Source: Alphaproteobacteria bacterium (lineage in GTDB: Bacteria; Pseudomonadota; Alphaproteobacteria; Methylaequorales; Methylaequoraceae). Taken from it: DNA of 64,000 bases. Made by a program: the position numbers and the translations under genes. Under the pieces are notes generated by a model. The model did no database searches. It worked only from the letters and a program-made list of their open reading frames with translations, and was not told where the DNA came from. Of this stretch, positions 1-10,800 are shown one piece after another; positions within the stretch are counted from its first letter, which is position 1; the number at the start of each line of letters is the position of its first letter. The stretch lies in NCBI GenBank assembly GCA_019650635.1, contig BOXE01000002.1, positions 133,547 through 197,546 of the forward strand, in the 5' to 3' direction.

Positions 1-210
1 GTTATTTTATTTGTTTTCTTTCTCTTTTTTTTTTCTTCAAAATTTAAAAGAAAAACACTGGTTTTATCTCTATCAATTTTAATAATTGTAATGTCTGTTT
101 TAACACTAGCTTTATTTTTATTAGAGAATAATTCCGAGGAAAAGTTGTATATTCCACCTAAATATGACGGAGAAAAGGTAATTCCAGGGTTTTTTGATGA
201 AAAAAATTAA
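1..210 (+). CDS. 3' end of a membrane protein, N-terminus outside the window
   Basis: Frame 1 is open from base 1 to the TAA at 208-210. The translation is hydrophobic and ends ...LENNSEEKLYIPPKYDGEKVIPGFFDEKN. The stop overlaps the cca start. Confidence 0.4.
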   Translation, partial: VILFVFFLFFFSSKFKRKTLVLSLSILIIVMSVLTLALFLLENNSEEKLYIPPKYDGEKVIPGFFDEKN

Positions 211-1411
211 CAATTTTGATCTGGTTTGCAAAAACCTTGGCATTCCTATTGTTTTTATAAGGAAGATTGAAAAGTCGTTAAAAAAATTTAATGGTAAAAT
301 ATACATCGTAGGGGGAAATGTAAGAGATTTAATTTTGAATAAGTCAATAATTAATCATCCTGATCTTGTTGTAAATTTAGATTTGGAAAAATTATTATAC
401 TGTCTTGAAAAAGCCAAAATTAGGTTCCTAAAAATTGGTGAAAAGTTTGGTTCTATTGTTGTTTTACACAAGAAATTTAAATTTGATGTTACTGTTATGA
501 GAAAAGACATAAAAACAGACGGAAGGTGGGCAAAGATAAAATTTACAGATAATCTTATAGAGGATTCGAAAAGAAGAGATTTTACTTTTAATTCAATATA
601 TTGTGATACTGATGGTCATCTTGTTGATCCAAATAATGGAATAAATGACTTGATAAAAGGAAATGTTAGATTTATCGGTGATCCTAACAAAAGAATTAAG
701 GAGGATTACCTGAGAATATTAAGGTTTTTTCGATTTTCATTAGAAATTTCAAATTCTGTAGATCACAAAATAAGTTGTTTATGTGAAAAATATTTTAAAA
801 ATCTTAAATCATTGTCTTATGAAAGAAGGATGAAAGAGACAGAAAAAATACTGTTAAATAATAATTTAAAAAAAAAAGAAATAATTTTGTCATTAAAAAA
901 TTTACTTGAATTTACTTTTGAGTCAAAGCTTAACTTTACTAACTTCACTGAACTCTGCATTTTTGAATCATTAATTAATAAAAAAAGTTTTGAAAGAAGA
1001 TTAAAATTTTTACTGAGAAATAATAAAGATATTCCCAACTTTTTTTTAAAAAGTTCGACGACACATTTTAAAAAAAGATTGAAGAGTCAAATTAATTTTA
1101 AAAATTACTCTAATAGGGAATTGAATATGAATTTATTAAAATTCAATAAAATATATATTACTGACCAATTAATCATCGACTGTGTTAAAAATAAAATTTC
1201 ACGAAATTATTTTGATAAATATTTAATGAAAATAACTAACTACAAAACAAAAAAAATTCCACTGACGGGAGAAGATCTTTTAAAAATGGGTTTTAAGCCT
1301 GGTAAAACAATTGGAGAAATACTTACAAGGTTGGAGACTTTTTGGGTGGAAAAAGATTTTAAATGCTCTAAAAATGAATGCAAAAAATTTGTTCAAAAAT
1401 TTTTACCATGA
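194..1411 (+). CDS. cca: tRNA nucleotidyltransferase (CCA-adding enzyme) / poly(A) polymerase family
   Basis: A 405-aa ORF with the PolyA_pol head-domain motif GGNVRDLIL followed by acidic residues. Its size fits an alphaproteobacterial CCA enzyme. Confidence 0.7.
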   Translation: MMKKINNFDLVCKNLGIPIVFIRKIEKSLKKFNGKIYIVGGNVRDLILNKSIINHPDLVVNLDLEKLLYCLEKAKIRFLKIGEKFGSIVVLHKKFKFDVTVMRKDIKTDGRWAKIKFTDNLIEDSKRRDFTFNSIYCDTDGHLVDPNNGINDLIKGNVRFIGDPNKRIKEDYLRILRFFRFSLEISNSVDHKISCLCEKYFKNLKSLSYERRMKETEKILLNNNLKKKEIILSLKNLLEFTFESKLNFTNFTELCIFESLINKKSFERRLKFLLRNNKDIPNFFLKSSTTHFKKRLKSQINFKNYSNRELNMNLLKFNKIYITDQLIIDCVKNKISRNYFDKYLMKITNYKTKKIPLTGEDLLKMGFKPGKTIGEILTRLETFWVEKDFKCSKNECKKFVQKFLP

Positions 1412-2259
1412 AGCCATAGGTGGAAGAGACATAAAGATGGCCTCTATGTTTCCATCTGTCTCTAAACCAAACTTTGTACCTCTATCATATAATAAATTGA
1501 ATTCTACATATCTTGATCTTCTATGATATTGTAATAATTTATCATTATTATTCCAAGGTAATTCAATTGTTCTTTGAACAATCTTTTTGTATGTGCTAAT
1601 AAATGTTTTTCCAACGTTGCTAACAAAATTCATATCCGAATTCCAATCATCAGAATTTAAATAATCAAAGAATATTCCACCTAATCCTCTTGATTCATTT
1701 CTATGCGGCAAAAAAAAATAATCATCACACCATTTTTTGTATTTTTTGTACGAACCTTTTTTGTAATCATTACATGTCTTTTCAAGCTCACCATGAAAAT
1801 AATTCGCAATTTTTTAGATTCCCCAGAATTTTTGTCGCTTGGCGTAATATCAATTCCCCCTCCAAACCATGATTTTTGGGTTACAATATATCTAGTATTC
1901 ATGTGTATAGCTGGAATTTTTGGTGAAAATGGATGAATAACTAAAGAAATACCTGATGCCCAAAATCCTGAATTACGTTCTGTTCCAGGAATTTTTCCTT
2001 TTAGTTTTTTTGATAATTGACCAAACACTGTTGAAACATTTACTCCTGCTTTCTCAAAAACATCTCCTCTCAATAGTCGCATTTCACCTCCTCCAAGCTT
2101 ATTTGATCCTGTTTTATCTCTAGTCCATTTTTTTTTTGAGAAAAGATTTTTTGATTTCTTATTTTTATTTTCTATTAACTCGAGCTCTTCGCAAATATGA
2201 TTTTGAAGATGTTTAAACCATTCTTTAGCGATCTTTTTATTTTTATCTATATTTTTCAT
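1403..2259 (-). CDS. hemF: oxygen-dependent coproporphyrinogen III oxidase, frame interrupted at a homopolymer
   Basis: The N-terminal piece (1681..2259) carries MRLLRGDVFEKAGVNVSTVFG and NTRYIVTQKSWFGGG. The C-terminal piece (1403..1711) carries RGLGGIFFDYL and YVEFNLLYDRGTKFGLET. The two pieces overlap at an A9 run (1710-1718) where one extra base breaks the frame (expected WCDDYFFLPHRNESRG). Confidence 0.8.
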
Positions 2260-2263
2260 TGTT

Positions 2264-2291
2264 TTGCGCTAAAAATTTTTTATATTATAAT
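2264..2291 (+). promoter_or_regulatory. candidate sigma-70 promoter of the petABC operon
   Basis: TTGCGC (2264-2269), a 16-nt spacer and a perfect TATAAT (2286-2291), 25 nt upstream of the petA ATG. It lies in the 56-bp divergent hemF/petA spacer. Confidence 0.35.
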
Positions 2292-2315
2292 TAAACTTAG
2301 TATGATTAGGAAGAT

Positions 2316-2873
2316 ATGTCAGAAAAAGATTTAAAAGATAATGAATTATCAGACTCAGTCGATGAAGAAAAACGGGATTTCCTTTTTATAACCACAGCCG
2401 GACTTGCAGTAGCTGGAGGTGCTGTGACAGCTTTTTCTTTAATCGATACAATGAATCCTGCTAAAGATGTTTTAGCCCTATCCACAACTGAAGTGGATCT
2501 TGCACCCATAGAGGAAGGTCAAAGTTTAACAGTTATGTGGAGAGGAAAACCAATATTTATTAGACATAGAACATCTGAAGAAATAAGAACGGCTAACAAT
2601 ACGTCAGTCAATGAGTTAAAACACATGGCTAGTGATGAATCAAGGGTAAAGAACCCCAAATGGTTAGTAGTTGTTGGTGTTTGTACACATTTGGGCTGTG
2701 TGCCCTTAGGACAGAAAGTTGGTGATAACAAAGGTGAATTTGGAGGATGGTTCTGTCCTTGTCATGGATCTCATTATGATACGTCAGGAAGAATTAGAAA
2801 GGGCCCTGCTCCACTAAATCTTGAAGTTCCTCCATACGACTTTGTTTCTGACGATATTATTAAAATAGGATAA
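2316..2873 (+). CDS. petA: ubiquinol-cytochrome c reductase Rieske iron-sulfur subunit
   Basis: Both Rieske 2Fe-2S boxes are present, CTHLGCVP and CPCHGSHYD. There is an N-terminal TM helix and an AGGAAG RBS 7 nt upstream. Confidence 0.93.
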   Translation: MSEKDLKDNELSDSVDEEKRDFLFITTAGLAVAGGAVTAFSLIDTMNPAKDVLALSTTEVDLAPIEEGQSLTVMWRGKPIFIRHRTSEEIRTANNTSVNELKHMASDESRVKNPKWLVVVGVCTHLGCVPLGQKVGDNKGEFGGWFCPCHGSHYDTSGRIRKGPAPLNLEVPPYDFVSDDIIKIG

Positions 2874-2877
2874 GAAT

Positions 2878-4138
2878 ATGAAAGAAAAAGAAACTGAAAA
2901 TAAGAAAGGTATCTCTAATTGGATAGATAAAAGATTACCAGTATTCACATTCATTAATCATAATCTTAGAGATTATCCAACCCCAAAAAATTTAAATTAT
3001 TTTTGGAATTTTGGTTCTTTAGCTGGAGTCACACTTGTTATAATGATTGTTACCGGAATTCTCTTAGCAATGCAATACACTGCTAATACAGAAATTGCTT
3101 TCGACAGCGTTGAGAGAATCATGAGAGACGTCAACAATGGATGGTTACTTAGATATATACATATGAATGGTGCATCAATGTTCTTCATAATAGTTTACAT
3201 TCACATGTTTAGAGGACTTTATTATGGCTCATACAAATATCCAAGGGAAATATTGTGGATGCTTGGAGTGGTTATTCTTTTTTTAATGATGGCAACAGCT
3301 TTCATGGGATATGTCTTGCCCTGGGGGCAAATGAGTTTTTGGGTGCAACAGTAATTACTAATTTGTTTTCGGCTTTCCCTGTCATAGGAGACTACATTGT
3401 AACATTTCTTTGGGGAGGCTTTTCAGTTGATAATCCAACTCTTACAAGATTTTTGTATTACATTATCTTTTACCGTTCGCAATTGTTGGAGTAGTAGCTT
3501 TACATTTGGTAGCGCTCCATCAATTTGGTTCTAACAATCCAACGGGAATAGATGTTAAATCAGAGGGAGATACAATACCATTTCATCCATATTATACAGT
3601 TAAAGATTATCTGGGTCTTGGTGTCTATCTTATTGTATTTGCTTTTTTAGTGTTTTTTGCTCCAAATTTCTTGGGTCATCCTGACAATTATATTCCAGCT
3701 AATCCTCTGCAAACTCCTGCTCATATAGTTCCGGAATGGTACTTTTTACCTTTTTATGCAATATTACGTGCTGTACCAGATAAGTTGTTAGGCGTTTTGC
3801 TAATGTTTGCCGCTGTAATGGTTTTATTTTTTCTTCCGTGGCTCGACAAACATAAGATAAGGAGTGCTAATTTTAGACCATTTTATAAGCAATTCTACTG
3901 GTTATTTTTTATAAATTGCATAGTGCTTGGTTGGGTTGGAGCTATGCCTGCTGAAGGTATTTACGTTTTAATATCAAGAGTAGCAACACTTTACTATTTT
4001 GGATTTTTCTTAATCATAATGCCATTTCTATCAAAATTTGAGAAAACTACTGACCTTCCTTCCAGTATCTCAGCTGCAGTAATTTCAGAAAAATTTGACA
4101 ATAAAGAACCCTCTTCTTCAGAAAGTTATGTTAAGTAA
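2878..4138 (+). CDS. petB: cytochrome b of the bc1 complex, two single-base frameshifts in this sequence
   Basis: Three consecutive ORFs (2878..3354, 3255..3494, 3506..4138) together make a complete cytochrome b: [27 protein letters not shown] / [29 protein letters not shown] / [14 protein letters not shown]...[13 protein letters not shown]. The frame changes at ...tttttgggtgc (about 3340-3352) and at the T5 run 3450-3454. Both are one-base deletions in homopolymers. Confidence 0.9.
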
Positions 4139-4901
4139 AACTTTCAACTTCTTTATTTGTTTTTTATTTTTATTTACTATTCCAAATAGCTTTTTAGTTA
4201 AAGCTGCAACCTCAAACGTGGATCTTATTCAACAAAATTGGCCATTCAACGGGATTTTCGGAAGATTCGACAAAGCCTCTCTACAAAGAGGATTCAAAGT
4301 TTATTCAGAAGTTTGCTCTGCTTGTCATGGGTTAAGACATATTTCATATCGAGACTTAGAAGGAATAGGTTATTCAAACGATGAGATCAAAGTAATTGCT
4401 GGAGAATACGAGATTACTGATGGTCCTAATGACGAAGGAGAAATGTTTACAAGAGACGCAAAAATGAGCGACAAATTCGTTGGACCATACGAAAATGATA
4501 AGATTGCACGTTTGGCAAACAATGGAGCTTATCCTCCAGACTTATCATTAATTGTAAAAGCCAGAGGAGGGGGCGCAGATTACATTTATAGTCTACTAAA
4601 TGGATACAAAGATTTTCCAGAAAATTTTGAGGCAAGTGAAGGAATGTATTACAATGAATACTATCCAGGTAATCAAATAGCAATGCCACCCCAAATCGAA
4701 GACGATATAGTTGAGTTTGATGATGGTACAATAGCTACACACAACCAAATAGCTAGAGATATCACTTCTTTTTTGGCTTGGACTGCTGAACCAGAGTTAG
4801 AAAGAAGAAAAAGTTTAGGAGTAAAAACTCTTTTCTTTTTAGTTTTAATTACAATTATGTTACTAGGTGTTAAGAGAAAAGTTTGGAAACACTTGGACTA
4901 A
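4128..4901 (+). CDS. petC: cytochrome c1
   Basis: Signal peptide, heme-binding CSACHGL and a C-terminal TM anchor. It overlaps the petB stop (start taken at ATG 4128; the ORF track starts at 4095). Confidence 0.88.
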   Translation: MLSKTFNFFICFLFLFTIPNSFLVKAATSNVDLIQQNWPFNGIFGRFDKASLQRGFKVYSEVCSACHGLRHISYRDLEGIGYSNDEIKVIAGEYEITDGPNDEGEMFTRDAKMSDKFVGPYENDKIARLANNGAYPPDLSLIVKARGGGADYIYSLLNGYKDFPENFEASEGMYYNEYYPGNQIAMPPQIEDDIVEFDDGTIATHNQIARDITSFLAWTAEPELERRKSLGVKTLFFLVLITIMLLGVKRKVWKHLD

Positions 4902-4904
4902 TTA

Positions 4905-5669
4905 ATGACAAAAATTGATATTGCTTTTATTGGTGGAAGTGGGTTATACAAGATTCCTGAAATAAGCAATGTTAAGTGGCTGAAAATTAAAACAAATTTC
5001 GGTCAACCATCCTCTGAGATATGCACAGGAAGAATTGGGAAAACAAAAGTTGCATTCCTTCCGCGTCACGGAAAAAATCACAACATTTCTCCAACAAAAA
5101 TTAATTACAGAGCAAATATTGAAGCACTAAAAAAATTAGGTACAGAAAATATTATTTCATTATCCGCAGTCGGAAGTTTAAGAAATGACTATATTCCTGG
5201 AGACTTTGTTCTTGTAGATCAATTCATTGATAAAACTTACCTTAGAGACAAAACCTTCTTTGAGGATGACTTAGTTGTTCATTTGCCAATGGCTCAACCA
5301 ATATGTAAGAACATTAAAAGTAAACTAGCTGACTTGCTTACGAAATTAAGAATTAAATTCCATAACCAAGGAACATACATATGTATTGAGGGACCACAAT
5401 TCTCAACACTAGCAGAATCTGAACTTTTTAGATCTTGGGGATGCGATGTGATTGGAATGACTAATATGCCTGAGGCAAAACTTTCTTTAGAGGCAGGAAT
5501 TTGTTACGCTAGCGTAGGAATGGTTACAGATTTTGATTGTTGGCATCCGGATCACGAAAATGTGAGTGTTGATCAAATAGTAAAAACTTTGAATGATAAT
5601 TCAGAAAAAGCTAAAAAGCTGATTTCTTCAGTAGCTAAAGATGAAAAACTAATTTGTAATAAAAAATAA
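4905..5669 (+). CDS. mtnP: 5'-methylthioadenosine phosphorylase (PNP/MTAP family)
   Basis: The N-terminus IAFIGGSGLY and the overall length of about 250 aa are typical of MTAP. It lies next to mtnA. Confidence 0.8.
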   Translation: MTKIDIAFIGGSGLYKIPEISNVKWLKIKTNFGQPSSEICTGRIGKTKVAFLPRHGKNHNISPTKINYRANIEALKKLGTENIISLSAVGSLRNDYIPGDFVLVDQFIDKTYLRDKTFFEDDLVVHLPMAQPICKNIKSKLADLLTKLRIKFHNQGTYICIEGPQFSTLAESELFRSWGCDVIGMTNMPEAKLSLEAGICYASVGMVTDFDCWHPDHENVSVDQIVKTLNDNSEKAKKLISSVAKDEKLICNKK

Positions 5670-5753
5670 AAAATCTGTCAAAAACTCTATTATAACAAAT
5701 ATTGAAAAAGTTAAAAAATCTACAAAAAGCAAATTAAAAATATTTTGAAATAA

Positions 5754-6817
5754 ATGAAAATTAAAAATAAAAATTATTCAACTCTCTGGGTTGAGAATAG
5801 CAAAATCAAAATAATCGATCAGACAAAATTACCTTTTAAATTAATAATCAAAGAACTAAAAACCTTAGGTGATTTTTGTAGAGCTATAACACAAATGGAG
5901 GTAAGAGGGGCACCTCTTATTGGAGTAACAGCTGCCTTTGGACTGGCTTTAGCCCTAAGAAAAGATGCATCTTCTAAAAATATAGACAAATCAATTAATG
6001 CTTTACTAGAAACAAGACCAACTGCAGTAAATTTAAGGTGGGCACTTAGTTATATTTTTAAAAGGATCAAAAATAAAAGAACCCAAGACAGAGCTAAATT
6101 ATCGTTAGAGCTAGCAAAAAATAAGGCAAGAAGACATAATTAATTGTTTTAAAATAGGTTTAAATGGTTATAAAATAATTGAAAAATCTACAAAAGAAAA
6201 AAACCAATTAACATTCTTACTCATTGCAATGCCGGATGGCTGGCAACAATAGACTGGGGTACTGCACTATCTCCTATTTTTTTAGCAAATAGGAATGGAC
6301 TACCAGTTCATATCTGGGTTGATGAAACAAGACCAAGGAATCAAGGTGCACTACTTACGGCTTGGGAATTAAAAAATGAAAAAATTCCTTATACTATTAT
6401 TGTAGATAATGCCGGTGGATATTTGATGCAAAAAAAAGAAGTTGATTTATGTATTGTTGGTAGCGACAGAACCACTTCAAGAGGTGATGTTTGTAATAAA
6501 ATAGGTACATACTTAAAAGCACTCTCTGCCTTTGATAATAATATACCGTTCTATGCGGCAGTTCCTCAATCAACTATAGATTTTAAGATTGATGATTCTA
6601 GAAAATACCTATTGAAGTCAGAAGTTCGAAAGAACTTTCTCACTTAACTTTTTTAAAAAAAAAAAAAATTTCAACTGGAGAAATATATTTTAGAAATTCA
6701 AATAAGTTTAATCCTGCTTTTGACGTTACACCTGCCAGATATATTACAAAATTAATTACTGAAAATGGGTTAATAGAACCAACAAAGTATGAAATTATGA
6801 AGAATTTACAAAAATGA
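5754..6817 (+). CDS. mtnA: methylthioribose-1-phosphate isomerase (eIF-2B family), multiply frameshifted in this sequence
   Basis: The N-terminus is [20 protein letters not shown]. Internal segments [58 protein letters not shown] and [24 protein letters not shown] lie in alternating frames. The frame switches at A6 (6116-6121), A7 (6197-6203), gaaaat (6601-6605) and A14 (6655-6668). Confidence 0.85.
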
Positions 6818-7446
6818 AAAATCTCAAAAATGATATAGTCTATACTTCAAAAAGAACCTTGGATCTAGGATTAAACTGTGGGTCAGAGGGAAATGTGAGT
6901 GTAAGAACAAAAGATACCATTTTTATCACTCCATCTGGAATTGAAACAGCTTCCCTAAATGAATCTTTAATTTCTGAAGTTGATATCAACGGAAATGTTA
7001 AAAATAAAAAAAAACCATCAAGTGAAATTTTGATGCATCTAAATATTTATAGAAATCGACCAGAAATTTCATCGATCGTTCATTGTCATTCAATTTGGGC
7101 ATCAATCCTATCATGTAGTAGAAAAAAAATACCGGCATTTCATTATATGGTAGCTGAGTTTGGAGGAAATGATATAAAATGTGCCAAATATGCAACTTTT
7201 GGAACAAGTAAATTAGCAAACAACGTTCTAAAGGTTATCAAAGATAGAAATGGTTGTCTTATATCAAATCATGGCCAATTAACTATAGCTAACAATTTAA
7301 ATAACGCTTTAAACCTTGCAGTTTCACTCGAAAAAATTTCGAAACAATATTTTTTTTGTCGCTTACTTAAAGGTACCAAAACCCTATCAAGTAAGGAAAT
7401 GATCAAGGTTCTAGAGCTCTTTAAGGATTATAAGGTCAAACATTGA
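6814..7446 (+). CDS. mtnB: class II aldolase/adducin-family protein, candidate methylthioribulose-1-phosphate dehydratase
   Basis: A 210-aa ORF with the class-II aldolase fold signature (His cluster HCHSIWASIL). Its ATGA start overlaps mtnA. Context is the methionine salvage cluster mtnP-mtnA. Confidence 0.6.
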   Translation: MKNLKNDIVYTSKRTLDLGLNCGSEGNVSVRTKDTIFITPSGIETASLNESLISEVDINGNVKNKKKPSSEILMHLNIYRNRPEISSIVHCHSIWASILSCSRKKIPAFHYMVAEFGGNDIKCAKYATFGTSKLANNVLKVIKDRNGCLISNHGQLTIANNLNNALNLAVSLEKISKQYFFCRLLKGTKTLSSKEMIKVLELFKDYKVKH

Positions 7447-8533
7447 ATCTAAATGTAATAATATCTCCGTCTGAAACTACATATTCCTTTCCTTCTAGTC
7501 GGAGTTTACCGTTATCTTTACAATTTAATTCACCTTTAAAACTCAAAAAATCTTGATAACTAATTACCTCTGCTCTGATGAAACCTTTTTTAAAGTCTGT
7601 GTGAATTTTAGCACCAGCGTCAGGAGCAAGAGTTCCATTTCTGATTGTCCAAGCTCTAGTTTCTTTTGGACCTGAAGTAAAAAAAGTTATGAGGTCTAAT
7701 AATGCGTATCCTTCTCTAATTAAAATTGATAAAGAATTATCTTTAAGACCAATAGATTCTAAGAATTCTTTTTTTTCGTTTTTATTTTCAATAATCGCAA
7801 TTTCTGATTCAATTTTAGCTGAAATTTTTAAATTTTTTGTTTTTTTTTTTTCAGCGTAGTTATCTACTAAGTTCGACAGTTTGTTACCTGTACAAACAGA
7901 TTGTTCATCAACATTACTTACATAAATGATAGGTTTTAGAGTTAGTAAATTATAATCAGATAAAATCTTAAATTGACTGTTATCAAAATCTGATTGGCTT
8001 AAGAATATTCCTTTATCAAGTATTTCTATGGCTTTATGCAAAGTTTCGATTAATTCTGGGTGAATTTTTTTTCCTTTGTTTTTTTTTTTTATATTTTCTG
8101 TTATATTTTCAATTTTAGAGTAATCAGAAAGTATCAACTCTGTCTCTATAGTTTCAATGTCATTAAGTGGAGAAAGACTTTTATCAACATGAGTTATATC
8201 AGAATCTTCAAAACATCTAACAACGTGAACTATTGCGTCAACTTCTGCAAGATTTGATAAAAACTTGTTACCAAGTCCCTCTCCTTTACTTGCTCCTTTC
8301 ACTAGTCCGGCGATATCAACAAACTCTAATTGATTAGATATTACTGAAGAGGACTCTGATATATTAGCAATTGCTTCAAGTCTTGAATCATTAACCGCTA
8401 CTTTCCCAACATTTGGTTCAATAGTACAAAAAGGATAGTTTTTTGATTCTGCTTGCTGTGTCGAGGTTAACGCGTTGAAAAGTGTCGATTTCCCAACATT
8501 TGGTAGACCAAGAATTCCGCAATTAAACCCCAT
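7436..8533 (-). CDS. ychF: ribosome-binding ATPase YchF (Obg-family GTPase)
   Basis: P-loop GLPNVGKSTLFNALT, G4 motif and a C-terminal TGS domain. Length is 365 aa. Confidence 0.93.
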   Translation of the reverse strand: MGFNCGILGLPNVGKSTLFNALTSTQQAESKNYPFCTIEPNVGKVAVNDSRLEAIANISESSSVISNQLEFVDIAGLVKGASKGEGLGNKFLSNLAEVDAIVHVVRCFEDSDITHVDKSLSPLNDIETIETELILSDYSKIENITENIKKKNKGKKIHPELIETLHKAIEILDKGIFLSQSDFDNSQFKILSDYNLLTLKPIIYVSNVDEQSVCTGNKLSNLVDNYAEKKKTKNLKISAKIESEIAIIENKNEKKEFLESIGLKDNSLSILIREGYALLDLITFFTSGPKETRAWTIRNGTLAPDAGAKIHTDFKKGFIRAEVISYQDFLSFKGELNCKDNGKLRLEGKEYVVSDGDIITFRFNV

Positions 8534-9107
8534 AAGAACTCTCTGAAATTCTTGTTTTAAAAAGTGAAAACTCTTTCAAAACTAAATGTTCAAAATATTT
8601 ATTTGCTAATTTTTTGAACTCCTCAATTACTTCTCTTTCAGACTTATCGAATTTATTTAATACAAAATTTTCTGGTTTCACTTTTTTTTCTTTTAGTTGC
8701 TTGTTACTTATGCCCAATTTAACTCTATAAAAATTTTTACCATTGAATTTTATTGCGTCTCTAACCCCATTATGACCACCATGCCCTCCGTTGACCTTAA
8801 CTCTAAGTTTTAAGAATTCCATATCAATGTCATCATGGATAAGAATTATATCCAGGGTATTCTCAATTTTAAAATAGTTTCTTAATTTCTTTACAGGGTT
8901 TCCAGAAAGATTCATAAAAGTTTGAGGTTTAAAAATTATAATTTCTTTCCCAAATAAACTTTTTTTTGAATAAAGACCATCGAATTTTGACTTGTAAGCG
9001 TGGAATTTAAAATGCAGATGAAAAGAGTCAATTATTTCAAAACCTATGTTGTGTCTAGTAAATAGAAATTTTTCTCCAGGGTTTCCTAATCCAACAATTA
9101 GAATCAT
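8523..9107 (-). CDS. pth: peptidyl-tRNA hydrolase
   Basis: LIVGLGNPGEKFLFTRHNIGF and the catalytic His; conserved ychF-pth order. Confidence 0.92.
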   Translation of the reverse strand: MILIVGLGNPGEKFLFTRHNIGFEIIDSFHLHFKFHAYKSKFDGLYSKKSLFGKEIIIFKPQTFMNLSGNPVKKLRNYFKIENTLDIILIHDDIDMEFLKLRVKVNGGHGGHNGVRDAIKFNGKNFYRVKLGISNKQLKEKKVKPENFVLNKFDKSEREVIEEFKKLANKYFEHLVLKEFSLFKTRISESSYGV

Positions 9108-9127
9108 TCAATCAATGTATCAAATTA

Positions 9128-9831
9128 TTAATTTTTATTTTCTTCGCTATTACCTTCAGCAGCTTTTGGTTCTTCACTTTTGTCTTTAGTGGCTTCGGTT
9201 GAATCCGATTCTTTGTCAGTTGCTTCTTTATCATCCTCAGCTTCTTTTGCAGGTTCTTCAACTTTCATAACTGTAGGTGGTGCTAAAGTAGCAATCGTAA
9301 AATCTCTATCCTGAATGGTTGGTTTTACACTTTCATCAAGATTTATTGAGCTAATATGAATACTGTCACCAATTTCTATGCCACTAAGATCAGCTTCTAA
9401 AAATTCTGGGATTTTTGAAACAGGAGTTTTAAGCTCAACTTCGTGTCTCACTATATTTAAAACACCTCCTTGCCTGAGACCTTCACATTTATTTTCATTT
9501 ATGAATTTTACTGGAACAAATAGAGTCACAGTGGTGTTTTCCCACTCTCAAAAATCTATGTGCAGAATGTTTTCTTTACTGGATGTAATTGAACATCTTT
9601 AGGAAGGACTTTAAAGTTTTCATTATCAAGAGAATTTCACATTGTTTTGAAAAAAACCAGTATCGTTTAATTGTAATTTAAGCTCTTTTCGTTTAAAGAG
9701 ATTGGAATAGGTTCTTTTTTTCACCATAAATAATACCTGGAATCAGTTTATTGGATCTAAATTCTCTAGAGTTTTCCTGTACCAGTTTTTAATCTTTTCT
9801 CGGCGTGAATTTTTACTAAAACTTCGTTCAT
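9128..9831 (-). CDS. rplY: 50S ribosomal protein L25 / general stress protein Ctc, several frameshifts
   Basis: The C-terminal ORF (9128..9529) has an acidic Lys/Glu tail. Upstream in shifted frames lies the L25 N-terminus MNEVLVKIHAEKRLKTGTGK ... IPGIIYGEKKEP ... LPKDVQLHPV. Start is at 9831. Confidence 0.8.
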
Positions 9832-9846
9832 AAATTTCTCCCATTT

Positions 9847-10777
9847 TTAAGCAAATAAGCTTGAAACAGATCTATTATCAGTAATTCTTCCTATGGCTTC
9901 ACCAATTAAATGTGCAATAGATAATTGTAATATTTTATTACACTTTTTACATCATCTCTGCTACAATGCTATCAGTAATTATCATTTTATCAATTGGAGA
10001 TTTTTCAATTCTTTCAATTGCAGGATTGGATAAAACTCCATGAGTAATATAGGCATAAACAGACTTTGCACCCTTACTTTTAAGGGCTTTGGCCGCATTC
10101 GAAAGTGTTCCTGCTGTGTCACAAATGTCATCGATGAGTATACAATTTTTATTTTTGACCTCCCCAATTATATTCATTACTTCCGAAACACTTGCTTTTT
10201 CTCTTCGTTTATCAATTATTGCTAAATCACAATCAAGTCTTTTTGCTATTGCTCTGGCTCTAACAACTCCCCCAACATCAGGTGATACTATTATTGTTTC
10301 ATTATTATCAAATTTCGTTTTGATATCTTCAATAAATACAGGTGCTGCAAATAAATTATCTGTAGGAATATCAAAAAAGCCCTGAATTTGACCTGCATGT
10401 AAATCAACCATCAGTGCTCTATCTGCTCCAGCAGTACTTATTAGATTAGCAATTAGTTTTGCAGAAATAGGTGTTCTTGGACCTGATTTTCTATCTTGTC
10501 TTGCATAACCATAGTAAGGCATTATGGCAGCAATTCTCTTGGCTGACCCTCTCTTTAAAGCATCAATAGTTACTAAAAGCTCCATCAAATGATCATTTGC
10601 AGGAAAGGATGTTGATTGAATAACAAATACATCTTCACCCCTCACATTTTCTTGAATCTCAACAAAAATTTCTTTATCAGGAAATTTTTTTATTGTGGCT
10701 TTTAATAAAGGCACTTTAAGGTAATTGGATATTTCTTGAGCCAAAGGAATATTGCTATTTCCAGAAACGATTTTCAT
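9847..10777 (-). CDS. prs: ribose-phosphate pyrophosphokinase, C-terminal frameshift
   Basis: PRPP synthetase motifs [12 protein letters not shown] and [15 protein letters not shown] frameshift near 9950 separates the C-terminus ...[24 protein letters not shown], which ends at 9847. Confidence 0.9.
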
Positions 10778-10800
10778 AGTACTCTCTTTAAAATAAACAT

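Noticed and set aside
817-1038. 73-aa minus-strand ORF inside cca. The same consideration applies to other short antisense ORFs such as 1311..1526, 1690..1936, 2306..2509, 2519..2731, 4447..4731, 8060..8257, 10089..10385, 25840..26040, 37351..37859, 43338..43610, 44388..44729 and 50516..51033.
   Set aside because: All of them lie antisense to strongly supported conserved genes. They are low-complexity and Phe/Ile/Lys-rich, as expected by chance in 30% GC DNA, and none has a recognisable motif.
9530-9946. Apparent 400-bp non-coding gap between rplY and prs, initially considered as a possible ncRNA or regulatory island
   Set aside because: On translation in all frames it is the frameshifted N-terminus of L25 (MNEVLVKIHAEKRLKTGTGK...) plus the frameshifted C-terminus of Prs, so it is coding after all.
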